DNA of 62,848 nt, counting the filler, from Choristocarpus tenellus KU-1152 (taxonomy: Eukaryota > Protista > Phaeophyceae): assembly GCA_964200185.2 (NCBI GenBank). It is 12 parts of 12 records of this genome, joined end to end, with 100 filler letters (N's around TTAATTAATTAA, not from the genome) between each part and the next. Parts side by side here need not be neighbours in the genome. Positions count along the whole stretch, not along the records: positions 47,716 to 51,287 come from CAXNAD020019179.1; positions 51,388 to 62,848 come from CAXNAD020002302.1; 10 more parts are not named here. One strand, given 5' to 3'. This document shows positions 48,620 through 62,095 of this stretch, in pieces; the first letter of the stretch is position 1; every line of letters starts with the position of its first letter. Below the pieces are notes generated by a model. That model worked only from the letters and a program-made list of their open reading frames with translations, was not told the origin of the DNA and made no database searches. The translations under genes were made by a program, and so were the position numbers.

Positions 48620-51547
48620 GTTCAAGAACCTTGCATGGTGTGAATGCTTGTCAATCCATGTGCTGCAATGTCAACATATTATGGATTATGGTCGATATAG
48701 AAGAGGGGGATTAAAATTAAGAGCAGGAGAAAGAAGTCTGCTGACTCTGTGAAGATGAGGCCAATAGGAGAAATGGGGGACAACTTGCACTGGAGTTTGT
48801 AAGGAGAAGTTGGCATTTTCCTTGTCACACTGTGGAAGTGGTGTGAATGTGCCGTGTGTCAATGTTTTGTTGTGGCACTGGGCAGTAGAGAGGGCCAAGG
48901 TGGAGATGGGATGGAGTAGGTCTGAGGAATGATCTGGTTGAAGGGAGTGCTGCAGTGAGGTTGATTGGTTTTCCTCACCTCACAAAACTAGTGATGATTT
49001 CCCAGTCTTTGCTGTCCTGTGTCCTCCTGCACAAATCACACCAATGGCTTGCCACATTGTGGCTCCTCCCTCTCAACCTTGTCCACACAGTCCCCCCCCC
49101 TGCCCTGTTGCCCCCTGTGCCCTCCTTCCTTTGGGGGGGATGTGAGGGAGGAAGAGGGGGTGGCTTGGTGTTGTGCACAGTGGAGGCGCGCCTGTGCCAT
49201 TAACAACCAAACCTGAATCGTCTGCTGGAGGGCAGCTGGCCTGAAGGAATATTGTTTGTGTGGAAAAGCTGCTAGGGCATACATCAAAAAAGAGCAGAAG
49301 GCTAGGTCGTAAGGCAGTGTAGGGTTATCTGCCTCGCTGAGATATTTCATCAAGGATACGTTTTTTGATTGTGCTGTAGTGGAAGAGGGGAAATTTGGTT
49401 CATGTACAGTGTTGTCATGGTTTCGTGTGCACCGGCTCTTTCCCACATAATTCTACCCCACTTACAAGGTTGTGCCCTTGCTGCCCTAGCCTACTCTTAT
49501 GTCCTTAGTTCTATGTCGTTCAGCCTATTCTGTTGTGATGGCATTCCATGAGGGAGTTAAGCCGTAGGAAGGGAGTTCAGCCGTAGGAAGGGGTGTGGTT
49601 GGAAGTAAGCGTAGGTCATGCAAGTAGTGCTGATTTTAAATTTGAGAAGCAGGCTCAAGGGCATACTGTTGTGCACTGTCGTGTACTGTTGTGGGAATGA
49701 AGAACAATTTTTAGAAAAAAAAAAAAAAAATAGGGGGAGGGGGAGAGATGTGCTTGGCCCAGTACCATCACTTCCTCACCTACTGTGCTGCCTTGTGTAC
49801 TGAAATGTGTCACTGCAACTATTGGCAGTGTTCTCAGGGTCCTTGAGAGGTGTGATGCAAGAAAGCTGTGACAAGAAGTGAAGCCTGGGTGAACGGTGAC
49901 CAGTTCCTGCCTTATCTCTGCTACGGTGGGAGGCTTTTGGGGTGGGTGAGGCCTGTTAGTGTGTTGCGAAAATAGTGGCAATGCTGAACTCATTGCAGTG
50001 TAGCTGTGGAGGAATAGGTGTTGAAATTTTGGGAGTCCTCTTATCTCACTGGCGTTTTCCCCTTCTGTTGTACCCCCTTCTTGGCTGGGTAGTACGACCT
50101 CTGCATCTTATGGTACCTGAGCTCTGTTTAAAAAAAAAGAAAAATTTATGGGTTTTGTCGATTGGTTGCGTGTTTATCTATTTGATTCTCTGCTATTGAT
50201 GGTACGACGCTGTTTGTGCGTGCTGCATGCTTGCTAGTGTTATGGAAAGGATTGTGTTGGTCTGTCAGAATGCATGCTGGTTGTGTAAGCAAGGGGTGCA
50301 AGGGGTGTGTGTGATGGTGTGTTTTTGTGCTGTTAGCTTGTTGTGTCTATTGCTGGTTTTGTTGTGTAGCTATAGCTTGTGTTGCAACTCTGATGAAAAC
50401 AAACGAACGATAACTCTGTCTTGGTATGTTTTATTGGTGTCCTGTGGTGGTACTGGCGCAGGTTGTACACTGATGAACAAAATCTTCTTAACAAGAATGT
50501 TCTTGACTTGATTGAGTAAGTACGGTTTGTTTTTGTGTGTGTGCAGCATTGCAGGCAATGTGGGGGTGGGGTATCCCCCACGTAGTTAAAACAAACAGAC
50601 AAATCGTCATGCACATGAAAGTAAGTAGAGGTGCAGACAAGAGCTCAGTCTGCCCTCCCGCATGACAGTGGTCATATGCGGGAGGCAAAGAAAGGCTTAT
50701 TAGTAAGATGGGATGGAAGAGATGGGAACTACTGCCACAAGGTGAAGCACATCTTTCAATTGTTGCTTCCCAACTATCAATTGTCAACCCTAACCCTTTT
50801 GTCATTTAATTATTCGTTGAAATGATGTTAGAACCTTTCTTCCGTTACTTTTTCCTGAGGGGAAGAGAGAGAGGTCTATGATAGCCTCTGTATTAAATGA
50901 TTCTTATCTTGTACGGTAGGTTCCGGGCACCCCCTGTGCTTTGAACATTGTTCTTCCTCCTATGCTGACTACTTGTAAAATCTTTCAGGGCCACTCCCTG
51001 AGTCTGCTTGGGATGGAGAGACATGGTTATTTTGGAGGTAAGAAGAGAGAGACGGAGGGTGTCGGTGACTGAAGGATGAGTAGTTTGTTGTCCCAGGTTT
51101 TGATGAAACTATAGTACATATCCTGTGTATACGTGCTGGGCATTTTTAATACACGTATACTCTAGATGATGACATCATCATCAAGTAAAAAGACCTTGCA
51201 AAGGTCCAACCTGCCGCCCTAGCCCCCCCCCCCCCCGATACTTTGAGCGAAGGACTGCTTTAAGATATACCTTGGGCAGGAAGGTGGNNNNNNNNNNNNN
51301 NNNNNNNNNNNNNNNNNNNNNNNNNNNNNNNTTAATTAATTAANNNNNNNNNNNNNNNNNNNNNNNNNNNNNNNNNNNNNNNNNNNNTCCTCCCCATGCC
51401 CCAACTGCTCTTCCTGGTGTAGTACCACCCCCCCCCCCAGATGTTTTGAGCCTGTACACAGAAAGGTGTTTATGATTGATTCATTCTCAATTAAATTAAC
51501 ATATTATTTGCACCAGACACTGTGTACTGTGTACTTCTGCATGTAGG

Positions 51548-54500
51548 TTTCCACCATATGGCAGAGCACATTCAACAACGAGATCCATCTTGAAACAGTC
51601 ATGTATGAAGTATAGCGGTTTTCAATTTTATATAGAAGGCATATTGATCGCTGCTAGTAACAAGTTTGAAGCGTTACCAATATACTCTGGAGTATTCCTG
51701 TTGGCTCATGTGTACTCGGTTTCCCCTAAAGAGGATACCTACAAATTCTTCCCTTGGAATGTCTCCCCTCTTGTAACTGCTGACCACATCAGTGTTGGAA
51801 CCACAGTTATGACAATGAACAAGACTCAGGAATCTTACCTTTCCATCTCAAGAGTTCGAGCAGCTGTGTTGGTGGACCCAAGATGCAAAGTCTCCGAAAC
51901 TCAACTCGCTCACACCTTAAAACTGGCGAGGGACCAGTTGCTTATAAGCACTTCCTTTGTTGAGAGTTCCACCACAAAACGGGTCTCTCAAATCCCGAAT
52001 TTGAGAGAACCGTCAAATTGTGTGCGGAGCGATATCATGAATGGGAATATGAGGGAGGTACAAGAAAGGAAGCAACTTCTAGAGGCTGTCTTACTGGTGG
52101 AGGAATCAGCTCTAGGTATTAACCCAGTACTCTATTTGCAGGTAAGCTCTAAATTCTATGGCTTACTACTGCGAAATAATCATGCTTCAATAATTTGGGT
52201 TAGCGAGGGATGCTCTTTTTTTAGCTTTGGGATTTTGATTTCCAACGCATCACATCTAAGTTGAGAAGGTTGAGTGAAATGATTCCTCTGAATCAGTCAC
52301 ATGAAAAAGATGAAATGGGAACACATGCCGGATTCAACCCCACTGAATGATGAAGAACGGCAGAAAACCTGTCAACCTGTTGCCAATATTCACGTTTCAA
52401 ACACCCAAGCAGGAAGGTTGAAGGACCTCTTTGTTTGTCCATTGTAGTCGGTGGCTTGTCTCAAACACACACCCAGGTTGGCATAGCTACAGCTAAACAA
52501 CTAGAGTATTCATTTGCACACCTCGAGGCAACTGACACAACATACCTACTACATCAACCAAGGTGTCTTCTGAGGACCACAAAAGAAGCTTTCACTGCCT
52601 TGTTGAACTTGCCAAGTGTGTTGCTGCCACTGGTGAAAGTTCCGAGGAATGGAAAAGAATTGTACCCATAGAGGAAGGGCAAAGTGCAGATTTTCATATG
52701 TCAATGGGAGGCAAGGATACCAGCAAGAAGTTGGTGGGATTCCAGGATAGAGAGACAACCAGTTCTGAAAACACATTGAGAATGAAGATCCGTCTCCAAT
52801 TCTTGCCTCACACGGTAAGCCTAGAGTGGGAAACACCCTCCTACTTCCTCGGTGTAGTATGCTTGTTCAATTTCTGATATACAAACCTCTGGACTTTGAA
52901 TAGCGACACACTTTGACCAAACCTAGAGCATGTAGTAGATCAAGCAATATTATAGAATGTCACAGAGGCCTTCAGACTGCATATTCTACAACAGCAATTA
53001 TCTCACGGCAATATCTCCCTTCTACTTCTCTTTTTGCTTCTCAATCCAGGAGAGAGTTGTTCACTTGGAACTATCGAAACTCTCTATCCTTCCCCCAAAC
53101 AGTCCTAAACGGAAGCAGGCTTTGACCAGACTTAGAATAGTGGACAATATAAGGTTCATCAAGGTTTTTTCGCCAGACACCCGACAAATTTTCTTGCGGG
53201 CAAGGATTCTTCCATCTGGCCCTTGGTGTTATTCACCGATCCTTCCAATGGAATGGCCAAATCCGTCCCAATGGGCACACAAGACTCTCCAAGGATCTGA
53301 TATCTACGGTCATCTCAATATTGGTATCATCAAGCAGGCTGGTGTCCACCAAATAGTACTGAAGTTTCATGTCATCACTGGCACTCACTCTGCGGCTTCA
53401 CTCCACAGCACAGACAACTCTTTAACTGGAGATACTCGGCCGCTGGCTATGGAACTAGCATTGTTTGACAACAGCCTCAGCCCTATTATGTGGAACTTTC
53501 TAGGGCAAGGCGAGTTTGACCTAACATCCATCCTGGGGTGCAATCTTGGAAAGAAAGGAAGTAAGAATAGGAAAAAAGAAATGTGGGTGGATCTCCTTGA
53601 CCCCAGGTCAAAGGAACATGTGGCAACAGTCGTGCTATATATGGAGTGCAACGGGGACTCTGTTGAAGAATCTGATCCCCACTCTGAGGTGGAAAGCATG
53701 GGTGGAGAACAAGGATCACCTCTGTGTTTCTACACTGGGGGTATACTCAAGGTGCAGCATCGTTTGTTGTGTCTTTCTGTTCTTGTCAAGGTGGTCTGCA
53801 GTCAGAAGGGAGGTATTCAATGGTGAAGTGAAGTCTAGGTTCATTCTGCTATTCGGGAACCATCAGGATCTAGTACACTTTTACCTCAAATGCAGTCGTG
53901 GAATTGACTAATCTCCTCTCTTTGATTGAAGGATGGAAATGCAGGCTTCCATTCCATCTGGACGATGAAGAACCTCTTTTATCAGCTTGACCAAGACAAC
54001 GATGGAGCAATATCCACAAAAATACTGATTTCTGAATTGGAGGCATTGATTCGCACAATGGAGGACTCCCAATCAAGGATGAAAACCATGAGGATCCAGA
54101 TGGGCAAACCAAAACATCTTGTGAATACCAAATGCCTGAAAAATGCGTATCATCTATTGGTTAAGAAGGTAAGGTTCAAGCTGTGCTCTGCCTGGAACAG
54201 GATGATTCCTGTAGTACCATAATGTTCGATTCACCAAGAATATCACTTGGTTGAGGGTATTAAGGTTGCTTGCCTTGGCTAGTATGCAGTCTTCTTAGAC
54301 TCTTTTATTCAGAGCGTGTGATCTTTGTTCTCTTCCACTCATGGCTTTGTTGCCAAAAACCTACCTGGACTTCAAAACTCATCGGCCGCAATTTGAGACA
54401 GCTTCTGGTGCACCCAATACAGGTACTGCACACGACCAAGGTAGACAGTGGATCAATGCAATTTGAACCAGTATCTAGTACAGAGGCTCCGTATACCAAT

Positions 54501-57500
54501 AACAATCGTAAATCCTAGGATGAAAAGTCATCACATATTGGTTTTGTGCCTGTACATCTTTGTAGAGGTATTCTATGCCTCGAGGGTCACAGAGGATACT
54601 ATGGTTCATGTTTGAAAATGAGTGCCCTTAATGAGGGACATCAGGTCTATCAGGTATTTATGTATTGTCTGTGCTCGTTCTTGTAGGAGGTTGTAGTACA
54701 AAACGATTGTTGTAGAAAGATATGCTCTGTATACCTCGAGCAATAAATGCACGCTTTGAGATTGCTACACATTTTTTCTGTCCTATTTATGTCCCAATCA
54801 GGAATTAGGCGGTGATGGCCAAGTTACTTGGACTGATTGGGTCGCTTTCATTGAGGCCTCATATCAGAGGAAAGGGGAAATTGTCAGCCAAGCCGGCATC
54901 AGGCGCAGGATTCAGGAGGTTTACTTCCGCACCATGCCACACATGCTGAAGCTCAATGTGTCGGGTAGTGATTCCTTGGAGGGATGTAGTGATAATGACA
55001 AATTCTTTGTCTTCTCCTTTACCTCGGATGGGATTGACAAACCTTCCCTCTCAGACGTAGGAAAGGTAGGCACTGACCAAACAAGTCAGATTGCAGATGA
55101 GAATATACGGCAAAGAGAGCATAACAAGACACGCACATCAATGGGCTCTACTTCGCTCAAAGGTATGTCATGTTGTATATCAAGTACTATTTTTCTAAAT
55201 GCATTGTACTCTCCTGCAAGTCACACTGCTCCTACTCAACAAGTACGGGCAAAGATTTGCAGTAGTGCATTCCAAAATGAAGGTGTAATAGGGATTGATC
55301 ACTTCAACCTTACTGCAGGCCGACTTGCAAGCAAAGCAGTTCTACAGGGAACAGCCCAGAACGACATACAAGAAGCCGTTCAGGATGAGGTGGCCAATGA
55401 GGTGACCAATCAGGGCAGACAACCTCCCTGTACACAAGAGGAGCAGCTTGGAATAAAATCGTACCAGGTGGGTGATGCACAATGGCATCATCATTCAGTC
55501 GACATATTTATACCATAAATTTGACCATTTCCAATATGTTGTATTTCCGAGGCTCACAATTCGCCTGTTCTACAGAGGGACTGATACCAGGGATATGTCT
55601 AGCTGGCAGCATCAAACGTCTCCAGGCTTTTCTGCCTTTGAAATACTCCATGGTCGCATTTTCCCTTCCACTTATCCAGGTAGCTATTGAGATGCCTATC
55701 ACCTATCCTAGTTGTGCAGAGTAGAACTCATCTTATTATACACGTTCAATGCATCTATAGTACTTGCTATTAGAACAAATGCCTGGTCTGATCCAAGGTT
55801 GAAATATGTCAGGAATGACACCATGTGTAATTGTACTTTCCTCAGAGTTCTAGGTCGAAAGAGTGCTCTAGGGCAAGGTGATGGAAGCCAAGGTATTCCT
55901 ATGGTTCATGTCAACCTCCTTCCAAGTATGGCATCATCTGCTTAGCAATTTGATTTTCATCTGAATTCTTATTAGTCACTTGTGCAATCATGTTTAATGC
56001 ATTGAAATATTACCAGAACTAGGCATTTGAATATGACACTGCCGGTACTCCCTTCAATCTCCATTAAACCAAACAAAGGAACTGGCCAAAGTAACAATCA
56101 CACAGCGATACAATACAAAAGAGGAGCAACGCAATGCAAAAGAGGAACTTGACAAGAACAAATTGACTAATGTGCTTCGAGCGGTCAAGGCAGACACTGA
56201 AGAAGTTAGGAGAGAGGCGAGGTCAGCAAAGCATAAGTACTCCAAGTACAAGACTGCATTTATAGATGCTGAGGTGATGAGGGTTAAGGACGCAAATTCC
56301 GACATGTCATTGTCTTAGCATGTTGTGAGAGACCAAAATTTCCTGCTCGTGTCTTTTCACAGAGTTCATTTTATCTCCAGGCATCAACTCAATCTCCCTC
56401 CTTCTTGCCATTAAATAATTTGCACAGCAAGCCCTTCAGAGAGAAACACGGCGCACTGCCTATCTGTTAGAGCAACAGCGATTGGTACAAGAAAATATAC
56501 TGGCCGGAACAAGAGAACAAAGTCGAAGAAAGCACAGGACAATGTATGGGTCATTCTTGGCAAAGCAGAGCTACATCCTCAGGAAAAAATCAATATGCAC
56601 ACTTCTTTTCTTGTAATATTTATGTAACAATGGATACAAGAATATCTAGTTTACTGTCGCTGTTCAAAGCAGATGTTGGTATTCATATCTCTGCTCAGCA
56701 CGTGGCACATTAGGGCATAAAAAAACTTACAGTGTCTCACCAAATCTTTGGGTTCGCCCTTAGAGGATCTGGAGAACTATATTATTGACATTTTAGTTGA
56801 GGTTGAATTCTGAGCTTAAGATTGGTATCTACTGGCTGGTACTCGCCTATTTCGTGTTAGGACTCTGAAAAAATGAACTCATGTCTCTTCAGGGCAATTT
56901 CCGCCTTTCTTGTGCAGGAACGGAATCGCCTAGAAAAGCACCTAGAGGAGAATCAGGCAGCAAGAGATGCTATAGCTAGAGCGGCTACCACACTACAACG
57001 GAGGGTGAAAGGATTCCTACAGCAGCTCAAGTTCAAGGTCAAGCAATGGAGGAAAATAGAATAATCGCGCTTTACAGGTAGGCTGTAGGGTGTCATATAT
57101 CCTGGACTACTCAAAGATGAACTTACAACTCATTGGTGTCTTCTTCATTCCTCCGCCATTGATTGCCCTGTAGGCTAAAATGATACAAGTTTTGGTTTTG
57201 CAGGACAGCTGCCGTCTTCTTCTGGAGCGGAGGCGCTATCGCCTGTGGGCTCAAACTCACAATTATGGGGCAGTTCAGCTCCAAAAGTTATGCCGCGGGA
57301 GGTGAGGTTTGGCAAGGATAAGGAAATGCACGTGACACAATATAGCAAAAAGAACAATCTTGTTGGAGAAAATGCGTTGTCACTAGCTTCATTCTGTCCT
57401 ATGTAAGCCCCAAGTATGGATTGTAACCCTAGCTGAAAACCTTGGGATTGTTGAAGTCATTATATGGTTCTGCATTCTTGACACAATTTCAAGATCGCAT

Positions 57501-60448
57501 CTTGGCCACCAGCTAACCATGATGCCTACTTCTATATGAAATACTTGATGATCCAGACATAGCCTTCTGTGCCCCAGTCTAGTCTATTTTGACATATATA
57601 TATATATGTGTATAGATGGATGCAAACTTCAACTCAATGTAGAGCACTTACCATTCTCCAGAGTGAATTAGACTAGGATTCCGTGCCCTAGTTCAGTATA
57701 GGTATATAGCTTTCAATGCAGGCAAGAACATGTGCTGTGTGTCAGTGTACTCAAAATCTATACATTTGATGCCTACCACAGGATCAAAAGGAGACTTCTG
57801 CTGTGCCAACTAAAAGCTGCAATAAAGGTTCAAAGTCTAGTCCGGGGAGTTTTTCAAAGGAAAAGGATCACTACACAGCTTGAAGAGCACCACAGGTATT
57901 TACCAGCAAATATTATTTGTTTATTTTCCGCATCCTTGGTGGTGTCAAGATTTAATAAAACTTTAAGATTGAGGCACTGGCTTCATAAAAACAAATAGTA
58001 TATATTAGTCCAATATTTTGCTTGTCAGAAGATTCAACTATCTCTCCATCTTGACCTGGATCTATTATCTGTACCTCACATACCCAGCAAAATTATGAGT
58101 AGTATGCCTTTCAACCTGGAACTCTGAAGTGAAAAATTGCATATCATTGGCTCCCAATTTTTTGCCATTACCAAATTTGTACCAGTATCCAACCAAGCAA
58201 ATCCTGTCTATCTCACCTTTGGTGGGTTACAAGAAAATTACCCATGTTTGAAACCCTCTTAACATGTTGCATCAATCTTCAGGTGTAGAAGATGCGCTGC
58301 CATTGTGCTCCAAAGAACCCGACGTGGGCAGGTGATTGAACCTTCTTGACGCTGTACTCTGATTTACTCCTAAACAAGCAGTATTTTTTTTAGTCGCAGA
58401 TGGCTGTTACCAATCAGAGGGATTCCTGTATATACAATTGTTTCTCGAGAGTAGTGACTGGCAAAAACTGACTAGACAGGGTGTTGCTACACAGGTTCAC
58501 CGACGGGAATTCCTGTCTCAGCGGAAGGCAGCACTACTCATCCAGAGCAGAAGAAGAGGTGTTTTGGGAGGAAGAATTGCAATTTGGAGAAGAGCAGCCG
58601 TGACTACTGTTCAGGTATTATGGTATCCCTACAGGATGATTGGGTTGTATAAACCTGAACGCCTTGTGCGTAGGCATCGTGTCTCAGAATGAGTATACAA
58701 CTCTTCTAATTGATCACACCGTTAATGAGCTCCTGTGGTTGGTTATGCAACTCAATGCAATTGATTCTTGTGAAAAGGGATCCCTTAACTGCAGATCATA
58801 CACTCTGGCTAACTGCCTAAATTATGTCATCAGTAAGAAGCTCAAAAGAAAACCCTATACTTCTGAGAAAACAAAGTATGAGTAAAGAGCCAAAGTATTT
58901 TAGAGGGTAGGGCCGCATCCATTTGGGGGTCAAAATCCAATGTTGCGATTTGATGTAATTTTGGCTGTTGTGTTTGTTAGGAAGTATCAATATCCTTGTT
59001 TCAGACACACCTTTTCATAAAACGTGTACATTTTACCTACTCCGAAACATTTTGGAGTAGGAAAATGTCATTAAAAAAAACATGGGAAGCCAAGCCCCAG
59101 AGGGACAAACAGGGAAAAATTCGTACTCTCTAAGATACTTTCACTCTAAAGTGCTGCGGAACTTTGCATCCTCTTGACAGACAGAGCACAGAGGAAACAC
59201 TGAACAGGGCACAGCCACCCCATGATAGAAACCTGGGGACTGCAGGGGTTTGTCTTACGGATCAACCTCCAAACATATTTGTATCTCAGCATTACGCTCT
59301 TTCGGGATAGTCTGAACTGTGACACAATTGAAATGGTGAAAACGACCAATTGTTAACAAAAATCGAATGTTGCTTATTCAAGTCCCAGGAGATTTCCCAC
59401 TTTGTCTCTAATGAGCTTGTCGCAACGTATTTGTTTGGTTGTTTGCATTGGCATGGTTTCTTCTGGAAACAAAACAACTGTTCTAGTTTCGTAGGAAAGT
59501 GCTGTACTGTAAATTCTAAACATTACTTCACTGGCTTCATGGTACAGCAACACTATTCAGTGCTGGGAACAAGTAGGCATAGGTACTCTCCATAGCAAAA
59601 CACAACAGAGTATATTGACACTTCTCCTGACCGTGCCCTGCATTCCTCAGAGGTCTGCTAGACTGTGGACCTACCAAATCTTCCAGCGAAAAGCAGCCAT
59701 GACTTTGCAAAGATCCTATCGCTCCAGGCTTGAAAGACAGCAGGCTCGGAAAGAGAGGGACAAAATACTTGCTGCGGCAGTCACCATCAAGGGCATGGTT
59801 AAACTGTGGATTAAGAGGATGCGATGGCATTCACTTGTTTGCAGAATCATTGAGCACGCAATGACACAGGAGACATGGCAAGGTCATCACAAAAGAGATT
59901 CCATTCAGAATCACTGGCAGGCTGTTCAACTCATTCAGAGTGTACTTCGGGGGTTTATAACCCGAGCAAAATTGAATAAGCAATATGTAGCTGCCAGTCT
60001 CTTGCAGAGGGCATTTCGTAGAAACAGATCTAAGGTTCAGGTGTGGAGGAATGAAGCCTCGATGCAACTACTTCTGGCAGGGGCATGTGACAACCCATTA
60101 AGGCTTAGGGAAGATAGATACCTGGAACAAGAGGTCTTGGAAAGGGCATTGTCAAATTTGAAAACTCAGGTTGTAGCATGTGGAACGCTCCAACAAGGAC
60201 AAGCTCTGACAAGTCTGTTAGTTCATCCTGAAATCGATCTCTCCCTTGAAGTAGGGATCACCAATTGTCTTCATAAGGTGCATACCAACCTCCTAATAGC
60301 AACCCCAAGAGGGGGAAAGTCCCTTCTTCCCAGGTGCCTCTCTTCTTCTTACGAGCGGGAGGGTGAGAAGAACGCATTAGAGGGTGATCTGAAGGAAGCC
60401 TTGACCACTCTGCAAGGCACAATTTGGCGGCACAATCACACAGAGTGA
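51548..60448 (+). CDS. Large multi-exon gene (5' end uncertain): C2-like region, EF-hand-like loops, coiled coil and multiple IQ motifs
   Basis: Exons include 53050-53751 (LAMELALFDNS...FLGQGEFDL..., C2-like), ~53931-54168 (LFYQLDQDNDGAIS), ~54802 (GGDGQVTWTDWVAFI), and IQ-like AATTLQRRVKGF, AAIKVQSLVRG, AAIVLQRTRRG, AALLIQSRRRG, AAMTLQRSYR, AVQLIQSVLRGF, AASLLQRAFRR. Stop at 60448. Confidence 0.7.
58887..59146 (+). mobile_element. MITE family A, copy 2 (intronic), ~23-bp TIRs, TAAA direct repeat on both flanks
   Basis: GAGCCAAAGTATTTTAGAGGGTA ... TACTCTCTAAGATACTTTCACTC; TAAA at 58883-86 and 59147-50. Confidence 0.88.
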
Positions 60449-60960
60449 TGAAGTCTATGCCCCCCCCAGCAATATAGTTATGTAAGATATTTCTTGGCAG
60501 TCATGACCGCAGCCTACAATGACTTCACTCATTTTGTATTTCCCTCCTAAGATCTTCGATGGTCCCAAGTTGAGCAGAGACTCCATAGTTAGATACATGG
60601 CGTGTGCGCTGTTATAACGTTTCTTTTCAGCGCCTACAAACTGAGTTTTGGATGTGTGCTGACTGAGATCCCAATAATCGCGTCTCAAAAAAGAACATGC
60701 AAAGAACGAAAACAAAGAGGTCCACCATCCCTCCTCCTGAAAAGGCCATCCTCTCGTTTCGCTCCGCAACACATTTATACCGCTTGATGTACAGATACAT
60801 GCTTTCCCCCACCTTCACAACATCTACAAAATGTCACAGGGCGTAAAATAAATGTTATCTATTCGTCATTAGAGGGTACACATTACATTGCATTTTAGGT
60901 TTCAAATAGTATATGTGGAGAGTACTTACGATTGAACAAGAAAATCTGCTATTACAAAAA

Positions 60961-61140
60961 GGTAGATTGGAGACACAGGAAGGCAGTGGTACAACATAGT
61001 AATGAAATAACAAATAGATCATTGTTTTGCACTTTTGTGACAACTCTTAATTTAGGGATTTTTCTGACATGTGAATAGTGTTTCCTTGGATTTTCCCTTG
61101 GTACATCTGCCAAATGTCAGAGGGCATAACAACAAAAATA
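60961..61140 (+). repeat. Dispersed repeat family C copy
   Basis: Aligns to 25762-25940. Confidence 0.85.
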
Positions 61141-61409
61141 GTGATAAAGATTGAAAAGAATTTCCCTAGAAAATTACACTTTCATGTTAACAGTGTCGTA
61201 TCGATAGAATTAACCCTTGTTTCTTCAATCTCTGCGTTGTGCTGTACGTACTCAAATCAATCCTTGTTTCACACCCCTGCCATCTAAAGTTGAATTGGTA
61301 AGTCAAAGATCGTTCATTAATCGTAGGAGGCCAAATTTCACATGGAAGACCCTCATCACATAACAGTTAAATTTTACCTCACCAATGATTGTCCAAGAAG
61401 GGAGTGGTT

Positions 61410-61440
61410 GACACCATACACCATACACCATACACCATAC
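61410..61440 (+). repeat. (ACACCAT)n microsatellite
   Basis: Directly visible. Confidence 0.85.
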
Positions 61441-61867
61441 ATACCAGGATACCTGTTCCTCTAAACTACAAAGTGTTCAGAAAATTTACAGTAAGAAAGT
61501 GAAGAAAAAAATTTTGTGTTGGATGATGGCAACCCTACTGCACAACTTAAGCGGCAACCTTTATCCAACCCTCAAACTCTAACTCAGACCTGACCTCAAC
61601 CTAGTTGGATGACTCCCAACAGCCATCTGGTCTCGCAAACCAGGCAAGTCATGTTCTTACTAGATGTTGATTTAGAGATACAAACATACGAACGTGATCA
61701 AGGTAGAAGGGGCACTTAAGAGAAGGATAAATATACATCACTGTGTCAAGTGAAAAAAATCAGTATTAGAGGTATTGGTATATAAGGAAAAACAAATTAT
61801 GAACAGCAAAGGAGAGTGGTAAATACGATTTATGTATTTGAAGTGTTTTGTTCTTGAAAACAATAAA

Positions 61868-62095
61868 CATTGGGCGCTTCCCTAGTTCCTCACCCTGGGG
61901 TGCAGGAATAGCTAGGTTGGAGGGACAGAAAGGCAGTGGTACAGCATAGCTGGTAGTAAAATAGCAAATAGATGAATGTTTTTCACATTTAGGACAACTA
62001 TTCCTTTTTGGGGATTTTTCTGACATGAGAATAGTGCTCATTGGTTTTTCCCCTGACACGCCTGCAAAATGTCAGAGGGAAAACAAAACAAAACA
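61868..62095 (+). repeat. Dispersed repeat family C copy
   Basis: Aligns to 25731-25940 and 60961-61140. Confidence 0.85.
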
